NCBI GenBank assembly: GCA_026417895.1
Contig: JAOACJ010000016.1
Coordinates: 20,015 to 84,014 of the forward strand
Direction: 5' to 3'
Source: Patescibacteria group bacterium
GTDB taxonomy: Bacteria > Patescibacteriota > Patescibacteriia > UBA2591 > CALHIP01
Length of the DNA stretch: 64,000 nucleotides
The position numbers and the translations under genes are program-made. Below the pieces are notes generated by a model. That model worked only from the letters and a program-made list of their open reading frames with translations. It made no database searches and was not told where the DNA came from. Of the stretch, positions 9,362 to 21,700 are shown piece by piece (positions within the stretch are counted from its first letter, which is position 1; every line of letters begins with the position of its first letter).

Positions 9362-12300
9362 CTAGGTAACAAAGCGAGCTGCTTTTAATCTAGCCATATA
9401 TGCTTTCATGGCCTCAACTTGTTTTAAGACATCCTGAATAGTAGGCAAATAAGGGCTGATAAATTTATATGGTTGAGCCATCATTTGAGCGATTAAATTA
9501 TTAAAATCTTTTTGAAACTCTAAAGAAGCAGTAAGTTTAGAAATAACATCATCTCTCATTTCATTTGGACGTTCAAAAAATGACTTTTCGGCATTAACCA
9601 AGAAAGCAATATTCAAAGGATTAAGACCCCTCATATTGCCATACATATCTTCTGTAGCAAAAAGCCCAGGATGGGCCCGTTGATACATCATCCGCTGAGA
9701 CATATTTTTGACTTTACCTACTATCTCATTAATTGTTTCCTGGCTAAGAGTGATGTCGAAATTTCCTTTCTGATCAATGTACATTCTGAAAGGAGAAAAT
9801 TCTAATTTTCCTCTCACTGGATTAAGTCTTGAAATAGCATAACCCATATGAGGGGCTCCATGTTCTAAACTGATCATCCCAATCATATTAGCAATTTTCG
9901 CTGCCACACCCTCATCTTTAGCTGCCATTAAAGAGATATTTTTCACCATTTCTCGTATAAAAACAGGGTTCACCTCTCCTTTAGTTTTAGCTGTTCTGAT
10001 TAACTCTTCAATTTTTTCAGGCGTTATGGTGACTGGTTCAGTTTTCCCTGTTTTTTCATTAAAAACTTCGACTGTTTTCCCTAAATAATCTTGAGCCAAA
10101 AATTTCTTTAAATAAGGGGTAAATTTTTCTACCCAATCTCCTTTGAAAAGCTCATTTAAGTCATTGTTTTCCGCTAAAATCATAAGAGCAGCATTGGCTC
10201 GCGGCATATCGTTTCCTTTTAAAGCTGATTCAAGTTCATTTAAAGTAGCGTGGGTTTCTCCTAAAGTTTTGTTCTGTAATTCTTCTTTCTCTTCTAAAAC
10301 TCTTCTCATTATTTCATTACCTTTAAAATCGGTTTGGTCTTTTCCCCAAGAAACCCACAAATTCATCAAGTCATGCAATTTACCCAATCGATCTGCTTCT
10401 CTTTTTCTGGTTCGACGAGCATTAAAATTCTGGATATCTTTTAGAAGAGCATCAAGGTCAAAAATAGGAATGTCAGGTGTTGCTTCTAAAGTAGCCGCAA
10501 CATAACTTAATGGCAAGGTTATTTTTTCTGCTGCCCATTTGAATGCATCTTTACCAATCTGTTTTAAGACCTCTTCAGTTGTCATAGCTTTGGGTGGAAT
10601 CAATTCAATTTGAGTTAAAAGTTTTGTCTTAAGACTTGCCCCTTCTTGCTCACTGAGTTTATTTTCTTTCATTAATTGTTCAAGAATGCTTCCTATTTGT
10701 TCTTTGACCTTTCGTCTATCCGTTAAAGAAATCTGACCAACTTTTAAATGAGGATCGATAATATTTTCAATTTGTTCAAAACTCTGACTTATTGCAGTTA
10801 AATTTGGATCTGCCTGATGAGCTTTTTTGATCTGATCAAGTTCATATTTAACTCCACCTCTTACGCCCCCACTAAAACGCGCGAGTTCTGCTTTAGAAAG
10901 AGGAGTAAAAATGGGAATATGTTTGGATAGTAAAATTTCTATTTGTTCTTTTTCTTGATCGGTAAACGATTTCTTCTGAGGAAGTTTCTCGGCGCCCGGC
11001 AATCTTCGTTGCGACATTTTACCTAAAAACTGATCAATAAGATCTTGAACTTCTTTTTGCGGTGCCCCACCTGCCCTCATAATTTCTTCTATTCTCCTTT
11101 TTATACCACTCTGATTAAATGCCCCTAGTTGGGCGTTGATTTCTTTTTCACTTAATCCTTTTCTAGTAAGCATACTTCTCAAAGCGCCAACTATCTCATT
11201 TATTTTTTCGACTACTTGTTCATTTTTCAAACCTTCGATGGTTTTGATATCTTTATCTATATTATCCTTTAATTTTTCTTTTTGTGTCGTCTCTAAATTA
11301 CTGCTCTCAACAATCTTTTTTATCTGATTTTTTTCATCTGTCGTCCATCCGCCGTTTGTTCCTAATCTACTCTTTAAATTTTCTATCGATTGCCAGTCTT
11401 GCTCAGAAACCGCTCCTTTTAATAAATCCATTCCTTCGGTAACGGTCAAATCCTTTTCACCTTTCAGCTTAGCAAACTTAGCGGCCGTTTTTTTAACAAA
11501 AGCTGGAATTGGAGTTACCGACGCTTTCTCTGCCCATCCTTTCCATACATCAGCCACCCCTTTTCCTCCTTTTGTCAATAATGCTAAGGGGGTTTTAACA
11601 ATAGCAGCGGCTAAATCAGTTGTAACTGGTCTAAAGGCTCTCATCGTTCTATCTTTTAACCCTTCTAACCTCCTGGCTGTCCATTTTGCTGCTTTTGTCG
11701 CACTTTTCTGTAAAAAGCTAATTCCTTTACCGGCTAAACTGGCCCCGGCCACACCGAGCTGTTGGGCGGCAACAAGGGCACCAATTAGCATGCCAATACC
11801 TAAAGCAAAACTGGCTAAAACATTAGATTGTCCAGAAACAGTTGGGCCAACATTGACTTTTCCTGGCTGTAAACCCATTCCTGTCGTGGGGTTTAAATTG
11901 CCTTGTTGCACAGCATAAAAGGCAAACCACAAAAAGAAAGCGAGAACCGGACCGACAATGACCTGATTAAAAAATTTATCCTGCCATTGTTTAGCGTATT
12001 TTTGACCACCAGGAATAACAAAACAAATAAAAGCTAAAGGAGAAAGAACAATCATAATCCAGAGGGCTATGATTCTCATAATTAAAAGAGCTAGAATAAT
12101 AAAGGTGACAACGAGAGCAACAAACATCATAATACAAGCTAAAATCCATGCCCAAACTTTGTTCCAATCGTTAACTGTTACCGTAATCTCTTCACCTAAA
12201 TCACCGAAAGTTTTCAGACCAAGAATTTCAGATAGGTTTCCGGACGCTATATCTTTAAAAGCATTAACAAAAGAAAGCATGATCACCTGGGCAAAATCAA

Positions 12301-12703
12301 TAACCAAACCGCAAATCATTTTGGAAAAATTGACTAAAACGGCCATGAGCAAAACCGGAGCGAGAAGGGTTTTATAAGAATACTTTTCAATTTTCAAAAC
12401 CGTAGCAAAGGCAATAACTAAGAGCATCAAGATAAAAAACATATTGGCCAAATCACGAAGAATCTCCCAGCCTTTATTAACGGCACTTGTTCTAAGAAAA
12501 TTATTGTATTGGGCAATGCCGGTAATCCAATCAATAGTCCAGGTAACAAAAATACCCAAAAATCTAGCAATTGTCTCAAAAATTTTTGAAATGGCATCTT
12601 CAATAAAGCCAGCGAAGGTCGGTTGAACAATTAAAAAAATCCCTGTCAAAACAAAAATCAGACAGCCAAAAGTCAGCCAATTTTTTTTCTTTTTTAAATT
12701 CAT
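9362..12703 (-). CDS. VirB6/TrbL-like polytopic membrane protein with large C-terminal soluble, coiled-coil-rich domain
   Basis: 1113 aa. At least six hydrophobic helices in the first 330 aa or so, with Trp/Phe-rich loops as in TrbL/VirB6 pore proteins. A long Lys/Glu-rich helical C-terminal region follows. Located downstream of the giant protein and upstream of VirB4. Confidence 0.55.
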   Translation of the reverse strand: MNLKKKKNWLTFGCLIFVLTGIFLIVQPTFAGFIEDAISKIFETIARFLGIFVTWTIDWITGIAQYNNFLRTSAVNKGWEILRDLANMFFILMLLVIAFATVLKIEKYSYKTLLAPVLLMAVLVNFSKMICGLVIDFAQVIMLSFVNAFKDIASGNLSEILGLKTFGDLGEEITVTVNDWNKVWAWILACIMMFVALVVTFIILALLIMRIIALWIMIVLSPLAFICFVIPGGQKYAKQWQDKFFNQVIVGPVLAFFLWFAFYAVQQGNLNPTTGMGLQPGKVNVGPTVSGQSNVLASFALGIGMLIGALVAAQQLGVAGASLAGKGISFLQKSATKAAKWTARRLEGLKDRTMRAFRPVTTDLAAAIVKTPLALLTKGGKGVADVWKGWAEKASVTPIPAFVKKTAAKFAKLKGEKDLTVTEGMDLLKGAVSEQDWQSIENLKSRLGTNGGWTTDEKNQIKKIVESSNLETTQKEKLKDNIDKDIKTIEGLKNEQVVEKINEIVGALRSMLTRKGLSEKEINAQLGAFNQSGIKRRIEEIMRAGGAPQKEVQDLIDQFLGKMSQRRLPGAEKLPQKKSFTDQEKEQIEILLSKHIPIFTPLSKAELARFSGGVRGGVKYELDQIKKAHQADPNLTAISQSFEQIENIIDPHLKVGQISLTDRRKVKEQIGSILEQLMKENKLSEQEGASLKTKLLTQIELIPPKAMTTEEVLKQIGKDAFKWAAEKITLPLSYVAATLEATPDIPIFDLDALLKDIQNFNARRTRKREADRLGKLHDLMNLWVSWGKDQTDFKGNEIMRRVLEEKEELQNKTLGETHATLNELESALKGNDMPRANAALMILAENNDLNELFKGDWVEKFTPYLKKFLAQDYLGKTVEVFNEKTGKTEPVTITPEKIEELIRTAKTKGEVNPVFIREMVKNISLMAAKDEGVAAKIANMIGMISLEHGAPHMGYAISRLNPVRGKLEFSPFRMYIDQKGNFDITLSQETINEIVGKVKNMSQRMMYQRAHPGLFATEDMYGNMRGLNPLNIAFLVNAEKSFFERPNEMRDDVISKLTASLEFQKDFNNLIAQMMAQPYKFISPYLPTIQDVLKQVEAMKAYMARLKAARFVT

Positions 12704-12740
12704 TTGTTTTTTATCTATTTTTTTATCTTTTATCTATGTT

Positions 12741-15700
12741 TTATGGATTAAGAATAATCTGCCCGTCGTAGGGAACGCCGAAATTCGCTGGCGTAGACGT
12801 CCCTGGATTGCCGTCTGGATCAAGACAAGAGAAATCACCAGCATATGGTGTTGTTGGTGTTGAAGCTGAATGGGCACACCAACCCCAATTATCCTTAACA
12901 TAGACCTTAGGTTGATAGGAACAACCATTCGGATTAGTACAGAGATAGGTATGAACAAATTCCCAATATTGATTTAAACAAGCATCTGGATCATCACCAA
13001 AAGAAAGAGGTAATCCATCTGTACCTTTTTTGCAAACTGGTTTTCTGTTTTTAGTAATCATATTTGAAGAACCGCTTCGAAAACCATCGCCCCAGTCAAC
13101 GACAACTTCGCGTACCGGCATATAAGCTCCGTCTGCCCAGGCATAAAATCTTAAAGTGGCGGTATAAGTTTTACCGGAAATTAAGATGTTGCCACTCTCT
13201 TGATTACCAATAGTAATTTTGCCAACAGTTCCGCCGGCCGGGACGCCGGTACTAAAATTAACTGATTGGATTTGTGGCGACCTATCAGTAGGATGGAGGG
13301 AAGTATCGCTTCTTGAATCCCAATTATTCGCTATATTACCCGGAAGATAACTCAAGGTATTAACATCAAGATAAGACCAGGCATATGATTTAGGGAACAG
13401 TTTTTTTATGACAGCATCAGAGTCGTAAATCCCACCACTATAAAGATGACAAACTTCACCTTTGGAATCAATAATGTATTTTTTAGGCATTGTCCCTTGA
13501 AAACCGGTGGCGCCCCTCGGCAGACATTCATAACTGTAATCTAAAATGTCAGTCAGATTTCCATAAGGCACGTCTGTCCCTGGTTTCAGTTTGACTAAGT
13601 TGGTATTAACAACCGTTGGTAAATAAGGTTTATCATTAATTTTAACTAATTTGTTCGCCGCTTCTTTTAAAATAATTCTTATGCCGGTCAAGGCAGCAGC
13701 CCCATGACCAGCATCATCATCATTAAATTCAACTTTAAAACCTTTTAATTCCCCTTCTTTCTGATCAAAAATGGTTTGGACAAATAATCTTGCTTCACCA
13801 TTTCCTTTGCCGGTAACTTCTTTTTCATATTTCTTTTCTTTAGTCGCCGGATCTTCATAAGGAAGGATAATTGTCCCTTGGTAGTCTGCACCAAACTTAC
13901 AATCCCCAGGATTACTTTTATCTATCTTCCAATCAATTTCTATCCGATCAATCATATATTCATAAATTTTGCGATCTAAATAATAAAAATTATTTCCACT
14001 TTTGGCAAAATAAGAGGAGGAATAAAGATAAATAGCTTGAGATGGGCTACCTTTCCGTTGATCACCGCGGAAACAAGAAGCCATTTCTTTATCTGTTCCA
14101 TCACATGCCCATTGTCTGGTAACACTTCCGTCCCTTTTTAATTCCTCACTGGAAAAGCCTAAATAATCTTGACAACAACCCCGACTATTATTATTTGAAT
14201 CTTTTCTCCAACAAGACGCTCCTTCTGCCACATTAATCTCAGAGGCCGGTGCGAGATAAGCCTTAATTGGCAAATTAGCCCCACTTTTTAAGTGTAAATT
14301 AATTGTATAAATAATTGCCCCCCCCCACCCAGAGCCGTCTTCGTTAAATTCAAGATGAAAATTTCTTAAATAATTTTCCTGATCAAATTCAGCCTGAATA
14401 AAAAGACAGGATTTATTTTTATCCGGACATTCGTCGGCAAGACATGCCCCCCCCACTGGACAGGTTCCATTACTCTTGCAAACATAACCACTAGAATTTT
14501 GATGCGTAGCGTGTAAATAAGCTGCTCTTTTAAAATTATTTGGCCCAAGTTCTAAATCAAACGGTCCACAGCATTTATTACTACTACTGCAATCCACTGT
14601 GTTTAAATCCGAACAGGTAGTATTTTCCCAGCGAAACTTAGCCTTGACAATAATTTTTTGAATCTCTTCTCTTTTAATTTTTCTTTCTAAATAAGGAATG
14701 TACTTAGCTTGAAGAATGGTTCCTTCTCCGCCCTCCGCCAAAAAACAATAACCTAGATCTGTTTCTCCATAATTGGTGTACTCGGAACATTTATTACCAT
14801 AATCACCCCCTAAATATAAAGGTTGAATCAAACGATCAGCAAAACAGCCCCAATTTCCACCCAATCTTTGACCCGGAAAACTAGAAGTCAGATTAAAACC
14901 GAGAGGGAAAAAAGTTGGTGCAAAACCGGAAATCTCAGCCGGACGGGTATATCTTTCATAGCCATACCATCTTCGATCCGAAGATGGAAAATAACCAGCA
15001 CTGCGGACTTGGTTATAAGAATCTAAACCAGTTTCGACTTCACCGGGAAACCAGGTTAAACAAGCCTGTATTTCTTTTGGTTTTTCTAAATCCGGCTCTA
15101 AGCAATAGCCAGCTAAACCAATGTAATCAGTAATTTTTTTCATTGGCTCACATTTACCCTGATTATTTTTTCTTCCCTCATCAGTCCGTGTACAATCCTC
15201 ACGAAAAGCAACGGCCATCCCATTCGGACAAGGAGGTGAACAACATTTACCTAAATCTTGAGGATTTTCCGCCTGGGTACAAACTTTAATTGATTCAACG
15301 TCCGTTTCTAAATTAAAATAATAGGTTGGCTCGCCTAAAACTGATTCTGCTTTTCGGTACGAACAAAGACAATTATTTCCCCCTCTTTCGGTACATAAAT
15401 TTAGACCGCGATAAGTTCCTTCTACTTCGCGAGAAAAAGGAGAGGTATTTTCTGGATAAAGTTTGCAGGTTGGGGAGACAACACATTTACTCTGATAACA
15501 AACTTGTCCTTTTGGACAATCTTCATTCCGAGTACAAGTTCTATTACCAACGCCGTAATCAGTGGTTCCGCTCAGATAACTTAAAGCATAACCATTCGGA
15601 TAATTTTTGGGTCTTAACATCTCCACCGGATAAAAATTGTAAAGAGAATAGCCGGAATAATCCATACCCGTCCAACCGAAATCGCGATTTTTGTATTTTT

Positions 15701-18700
15701 GTTCAGTCAAAACTTCTGGTGTCTCTGTCGAAACTAAGGTACATTGAGCACCGCTACCTTCACCAGTTTGTTTTTGACATCTTAAGAAATAGTCACAAAT
15801 TTCTAAAAATCGTTGTTGATTCTCCTGCCAAACATATCTTTTTCCTGCACAATAAAGCCATTCACCGCAAACACGATCGCGACGGACTTTAAGAATTAAA
15901 TTAGTGTCATTAGTATTTTGGCCTAAAGCATAACAGTAACGGCAATAATCGGTATTGGCAAAATTAGAATTTGTACAATTATCATCAGAATTAACAGGAT
16001 TTCCTTGTCCATCTACTGGCCAAGGTTTTTTCGTACAATCAATTGGCGAAACAAGTCGGTGCTGATTAGCCTCACTTTTAGCATAAGTGGCAATAGAATT
16101 ATAAATGGCACTTGGATCATTTTGGGCTTTAAATAAAACACAGCCTTCTTTTAAAGAAACCTGGCCACGACAAGAAGCTTTATCTAATTGATTGTTGTCT
16201 AAATAGTAATAAGGATCTAAAGGTTTAAATTCAATATCATCAAAATAAACTTCGCCAAAAGCCTCACAACATCTCCAAGGACAATTGGGACAATTTTGGA
16301 TGGTGGTACAATCGCCAGCGTTTGTCTTAGAACAGCCACCATGCCAATAAGCCGGAGCTAGAAGGGGAATAATTTTAATTTCTTCAATGGCTAAATTTTT
16401 CGGATTTAAAGGACCTCCCGCCACGACTCTTAAAGACCTTTTTTGCCAACTAGTAATGGTCGTTGAAGCATCAATGCTAGCCCCGATTTCATAACCATGT
16501 TCATAATTCCAAGGCCAATGGTTTAGATTGTCACCCCAGGGGTTTCCGCCATTTTTAATCAAAAAAGCAATACATTCTTTAAGATTGCCACGGTTAAATT
16601 TACATTTGGGCTGACCGGAAATATTACATTGATTATTACTCCAATTTCCGCCAACCCAACTACAGCACGATTGAGAAGAACCACAATGATTTTTATATTC
16701 TTGCCAATCTTGACACTCTTCGGTTTGACAACCATTTAATTGAGTTACACCTCGCCAGCCTTCGTATTTTAAATTCACATGCCCAGATGGATAAGAAAGG
16801 TGAGAGGTAGAAACAACCTTGACTTTAAAATTCAAAACAAAACTTTTTTGATTTTTATGAGGTATTTCAACAATCTGAGAGGCGGCGTATATTTTTCGCG
16901 TGTCTGCACCCACAGTATGTGGCGTATCGTTAGCTATTTTAAGTGATTTACTGGCGCCGTCCCAACTCACAGTAGATGAATTGCCGCTGTAGCCGTAAGA
17001 CCAATTTGGGGCTGGCCCCTGACCACTACTTCCACTACCAATTTCAAAATCACCATTCTGGACATAATTAGTCACGCCGGCCGTTCTTAGTGGTTCAATA
17101 TATTCTGTACAACCAGCAAATCTTTCTTCACATTCACCAACCAAGCCTTGATAGCCGCTTTCCTCGGAAAATTTAATGCCATAAGTCACCCCATCCGGTA
17201 AATAATTCGTATAGCAAGGCTGATCAGTGCCTTTCTTAAACCAGCCGGTTCTGTATTCACTGCCAATCGGCACTTTTTCTCGCCAAACACAAATTTTTTC
17301 ACCAGGATCTTTGAAATAAACTTTGCCCGCCGCGGCTTGTTCAAACTCTTCACAGTTTTGCTGATGATAACGACAGAGAATTGGTCGACGGGTATATAAA
17401 TCAGGGTTATTTTTTAAATAAAAATCTGTCCAGGAAATTGGCTCACCTTGAGAAAGGTTGGGTAAACCAAATTTCTGACAACCTTTATCGCCAGCCGGAC
17501 AGGCTTTGGTCTGATCAACAACTAAATAGGTTAATTGATCAGCTGGGACTAAAACATTATCTTTTGGCTCGTCGGGATCAGTCAAGTTAAATGTTTCTGA
17601 AAATGGTGAGGTGGAGTTTTTTGTCTCAATTAAAGCTTCGCAGCCAATTTTGATTTCCGGACAGAGTTTAGAAAATGATCTAAAGAAATGAGATTGATTG
17701 GCTCGGTCTCTGTATTCAGCACAACCTAAATGATAGCCAGGCGCAGAAGCGCCAGTTAAATCCTGATCACAAACAGTTGGTGTTTGCCAAGAATTTTTAA
17801 TAGCAAAGATATTTTGTCGGACTTCTTTTAAGGTGATGTTGTCGAGATAGAAGGGAGAAGAAGATAATATTACTAATCTTTCATCATTAGCAACCTCTCG
17901 CTGGAAATAAACTGGTCCGACAGTGAATGAATACCACTCACCAGTAGTCAAAGCAGGCAGAGAAGGGAAGTCTATGTTATTGTCATTGCCTCTAAATCGT
18001 ATGGTAAGAGTGGTGGAATTATTACTGGCTCTTTTTACCCAGAAGGAAAGTAAATACGACCTTCCTTTTTGGACTAAATCCTGAACTGGCCTAGAGACAG
18101 AATTATTATTGTTGGCAACTCTCATTGACCGACCGCCAAAATAGATTGATTCCGAAGAAAGTTCACCGTCGATCCAGGGTTCAACGGTTAAACTTTCAAA
18201 ATCATCTTCAAAAAGAATTCTTAGATTATTAGCCGCATTGCCTTGATACTCACGACAACCAACATTTACCGAAGAACATCTTTCTCCTTCTGCTGGAATA
18301 GCCATATAGGTACAGATTCCATTATTAAATTCAACTCCGTTTAAAGCAAGACCACCTTGAGTGCTCGTCGGGCAATAACCGCTGATCACGGTTGTCGTCT
18401 TTCTTAGGGGCACACAAGTCTCGGAACAGGTAATAGTATTTTTATAGAGTTTATAAGAAACATGGCCATTAGCATCATAAAATTCTTTACAATGAGGATT
18501 GGTCCGAGCATCTTGAGAATTTTGACACCTGCCCCAAAGGGCTTGAGCATTGTTAGAAGACAACATTTCGTCTGGCTCAAAACCATTAGTTGTTGTCTTG
18601 GCTAAAAGATAATATCTTTTTAATTGATAACCTGTCGTCTCTGAACCAATCCAGGTATAGAAGTATTGACACTCAGCTCTTGGTTTTTGACAGGGTCTGA

Positions 18701-21700
18701 GATAAGAATAGTATTCTCTTCCTTCACCACCGCGATTGACGACATCTAAATTTGTAAATTCTTCACAACCAACTTCGGAGGCCGGACAGATTCGAACCGT
18801 CCGTGGAATAAAATAAGCATCTTCTTCACTATAAAAATGCGTTGGTTTTTGTTTAAAGACTTCATAGCCAACACACTCTCTTGGACAACGATCAGTATCT
18901 CTCGCCACGGCTGGCAGATAGGGCCCACCTAAAACTGGTGTATATTTTTCACAACCAACTTCATCTTGTTGACAAGCTAAAGCATAATCAGCACAGGCAT
19001 GATCATCGTCATTGGTAATTAAATTTCCATTGTTATCGCGGTTGTAACATTTCATCCAATCTGGCGCCTTTTTTAAATAAATTTTATTCGTGCTGGCATA
19101 AGATTTATAAGATGAGAGTGAGCCAACTTCTAATTGTAAATCATCAAGATAAATGCCTGTTCCATTAACAGCAATTTCTAAATCAATAATTTTTTTATTA
19201 TTTGGAGCGATAAAATCTGTTGAAACCCTTTGCCAAGGTGTATTTTTAGAAATAGGAATAATTTTTGTAACGCTATTGTTAATCTTGACTTGAATTTCTC
19301 GATCATTACTTTGATCTTTATTTTTCACCCAGAAAGAAAGGGTATATTTTGTCCCTGGTAAAAGAGAAATATCAACGTTGTCAGTGGAAGCCAACTCTAC
19401 TTTACCGCTACCAGTAAATTTAGCCGAAACTTTACCGGATTTAGCTTCGGCTTCATCAACAAGAAATTGACCACTGGTTATTTGCCAACCCTTCACTAAA
19501 ATAGTCGGGGTCGTAGTCGTACTTGTTTCAGAATAATCTTCAAAGCTCGAATTGGGTAATAAATTGGTGCCTAAATTTTCTTTGGTCCGGATAAATTCGG
19601 AACAACCCTCAGAAGTAGCCGGGCAGGTTTCAACAAATTTATTAAAGAAGATGGTGTTAAAGGGATCAGACACAGAACGGGGACTACCAACTGATCCGTT
19701 TGGCTGGATATTTAAAGATTGGTTCGGTTCAGTACAAATCCAACCACCTGCCCCTTCGGCAAAGTCTTTATTCCATCTCTGACAATACCACTGACAACCA
19801 ACCGAGTTCGCATCGCAGTCACCAAAATCTAAAGTATTTTTTAACCAGGCAAATCTTTGATTATCTTTAGTTCGGGTATAAAGTTGACAAGTATTATAAT
19901 AAGCCGGACATTGAGTGCCGGCCAAGCGCCAAATATTTTTTTCGCGGGTACAATAGCCGTAAGTATGACAGGTGCCATCTTCATTTTCGCCAACACAATC
20001 CTTCATCTCTATACAAGTCTCTTGGCGTTCATTAGAAGCAGGCAAGGGAATAGCCGAATAAGCCATTAAATTACATTGCATTGAGGGTAATTTCAAAACC
20101 CAATTCGGATCAACTAAATGACAGAAAGGTGAAGCCGAAACAAGACATTGTCCATCTTTTTTACAACAGTTAGCACTTGAGTCCCAACTACCTATACTTC
20201 CTTCACATTTTTTTTCTGTCGTATTTGACTTCGGGTCCCCTTGGACATAAATTGTACAATCGCCATCAGAACTAACTTTGTCAAAACCTTCAACAATTTG
20301 AGCCAAAGTAAACTTGGCATCGCCAAAATCACCCCGGCTAATTTTCTCAGCAGCAATTTCTAAGCCTAAAGGAATAACTCGTGCCCGACGAAGTTTTTTT
20401 AGGTTGGTTAAAGAATAACGAGAGGAAAAATCACGCGCCCCATCAGTCAGACCATAACTACCGACATACCAGTTACCATGTAAATAATTTTTCTCAATTG
20501 CTTCTTTAATAGTTAAATTTTCTTCAATAGCCCGGGCAAAACCGCCGTCAATGACGCAATTATAAGGCAAAGCATATTTTGTTTCCGTTGGACAAGCTGC
20601 AAATTCCTCTAAAAGATTTATCTCACCAGATGGTTTTTTAAAGCTTACAGTTTTTAAATCAGCATAAATGGCCTCAATTTTTTCTTGGGTAGGAGAAGCC
20701 GGAATCCCACCCTCCCAACTTGTTCGACCACTTGGACTAGCTTCAGGATTAAGACCTTCTTTTTGAAATAACCTTTCAAGAAATTTAGAAAAAAATGTCT
20801 GAATAAATGTATTTGCCACATCAGCAACCAAAACACCAGTGTAAACTTTAAGTGACGCTTTCCCTTCAGCAATCATCTGTCGAGCTCTTTCTTCGGTTAA
20901 ACCAGCTGGTAAAAGCGCTTTACCAGAAATTTTAGAGGTAACTGACTGAAATTGGCCCTGAAGAGATTGGAAAAATTTATCCGCACCAACTTTTTCAGCC
21001 GCCTTACTTAAAATACCTGATTTGAGACTCATGGCCACGCCAAGATCACTTCCTTCCGGCGTGAAGGTTTTTTGAATATCTTCTAAAATGTTCAAGTCTG
21101 GTGAGGGAGTTCCTTTTTCCACTGCTTCTCTTGCCTCATCAACCATTTTTTCTAAAGTGGTTGCCCATTCAGAGAGTTGAGAGGCATAATTTTGTGCCCT
21201 TTTAATTGCTTCAAAACAATAGCTATAATTATTTTGACATTGAGTAGCATTATTAATACCTGGACAAGCACCGTTATAGCAATTAGGGTTTTGACAAAAT
21301 TCTTCTTGTGATTTATTAAGACAACGAACCGGTGCCTCAATTGGTCTGTATCCATCACTGGTCCATTTTCTTCCCAACCACCAGTTGAGACTTGTCTGAA
21401 AAGTTGGTGGTCCTTGAGTAATGGCTTTCAACCTTTCTTTTATAGTGGAGAGACTATTAAGTACACCGGAAATATTCGGCGGACCTATCTTTTTTGATTC
21501 TTGTAGATACTTATCCCACTCAGTTAAAAAGAGCTGCTGATGTCCAGAAAGTTGATCCGCAATATTGATTAAATTACTTTTGTTAACATCGTAAAGTTTC
21601 GTATCAATCCTAATCGCATTTTTAATCTTAACCTGAACTTGGGGCGGCTGACCTGGAACATATTCGACATTCACATAACCTTTCAATCCTTCTTTATACT

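Noticed and set aside
12734-12958. 74-aa ORF overlapping the 3' end of the giant gene, and the other small overlapping ORFs listed in the track (for example 14366..14548, 15326..15892, 21706..22032)
   Set aside because: All lie inside or antisense to the 3171-aa ORF with no independent signals; frame-shadow ORFs are expected in a 9.5-kb gene.
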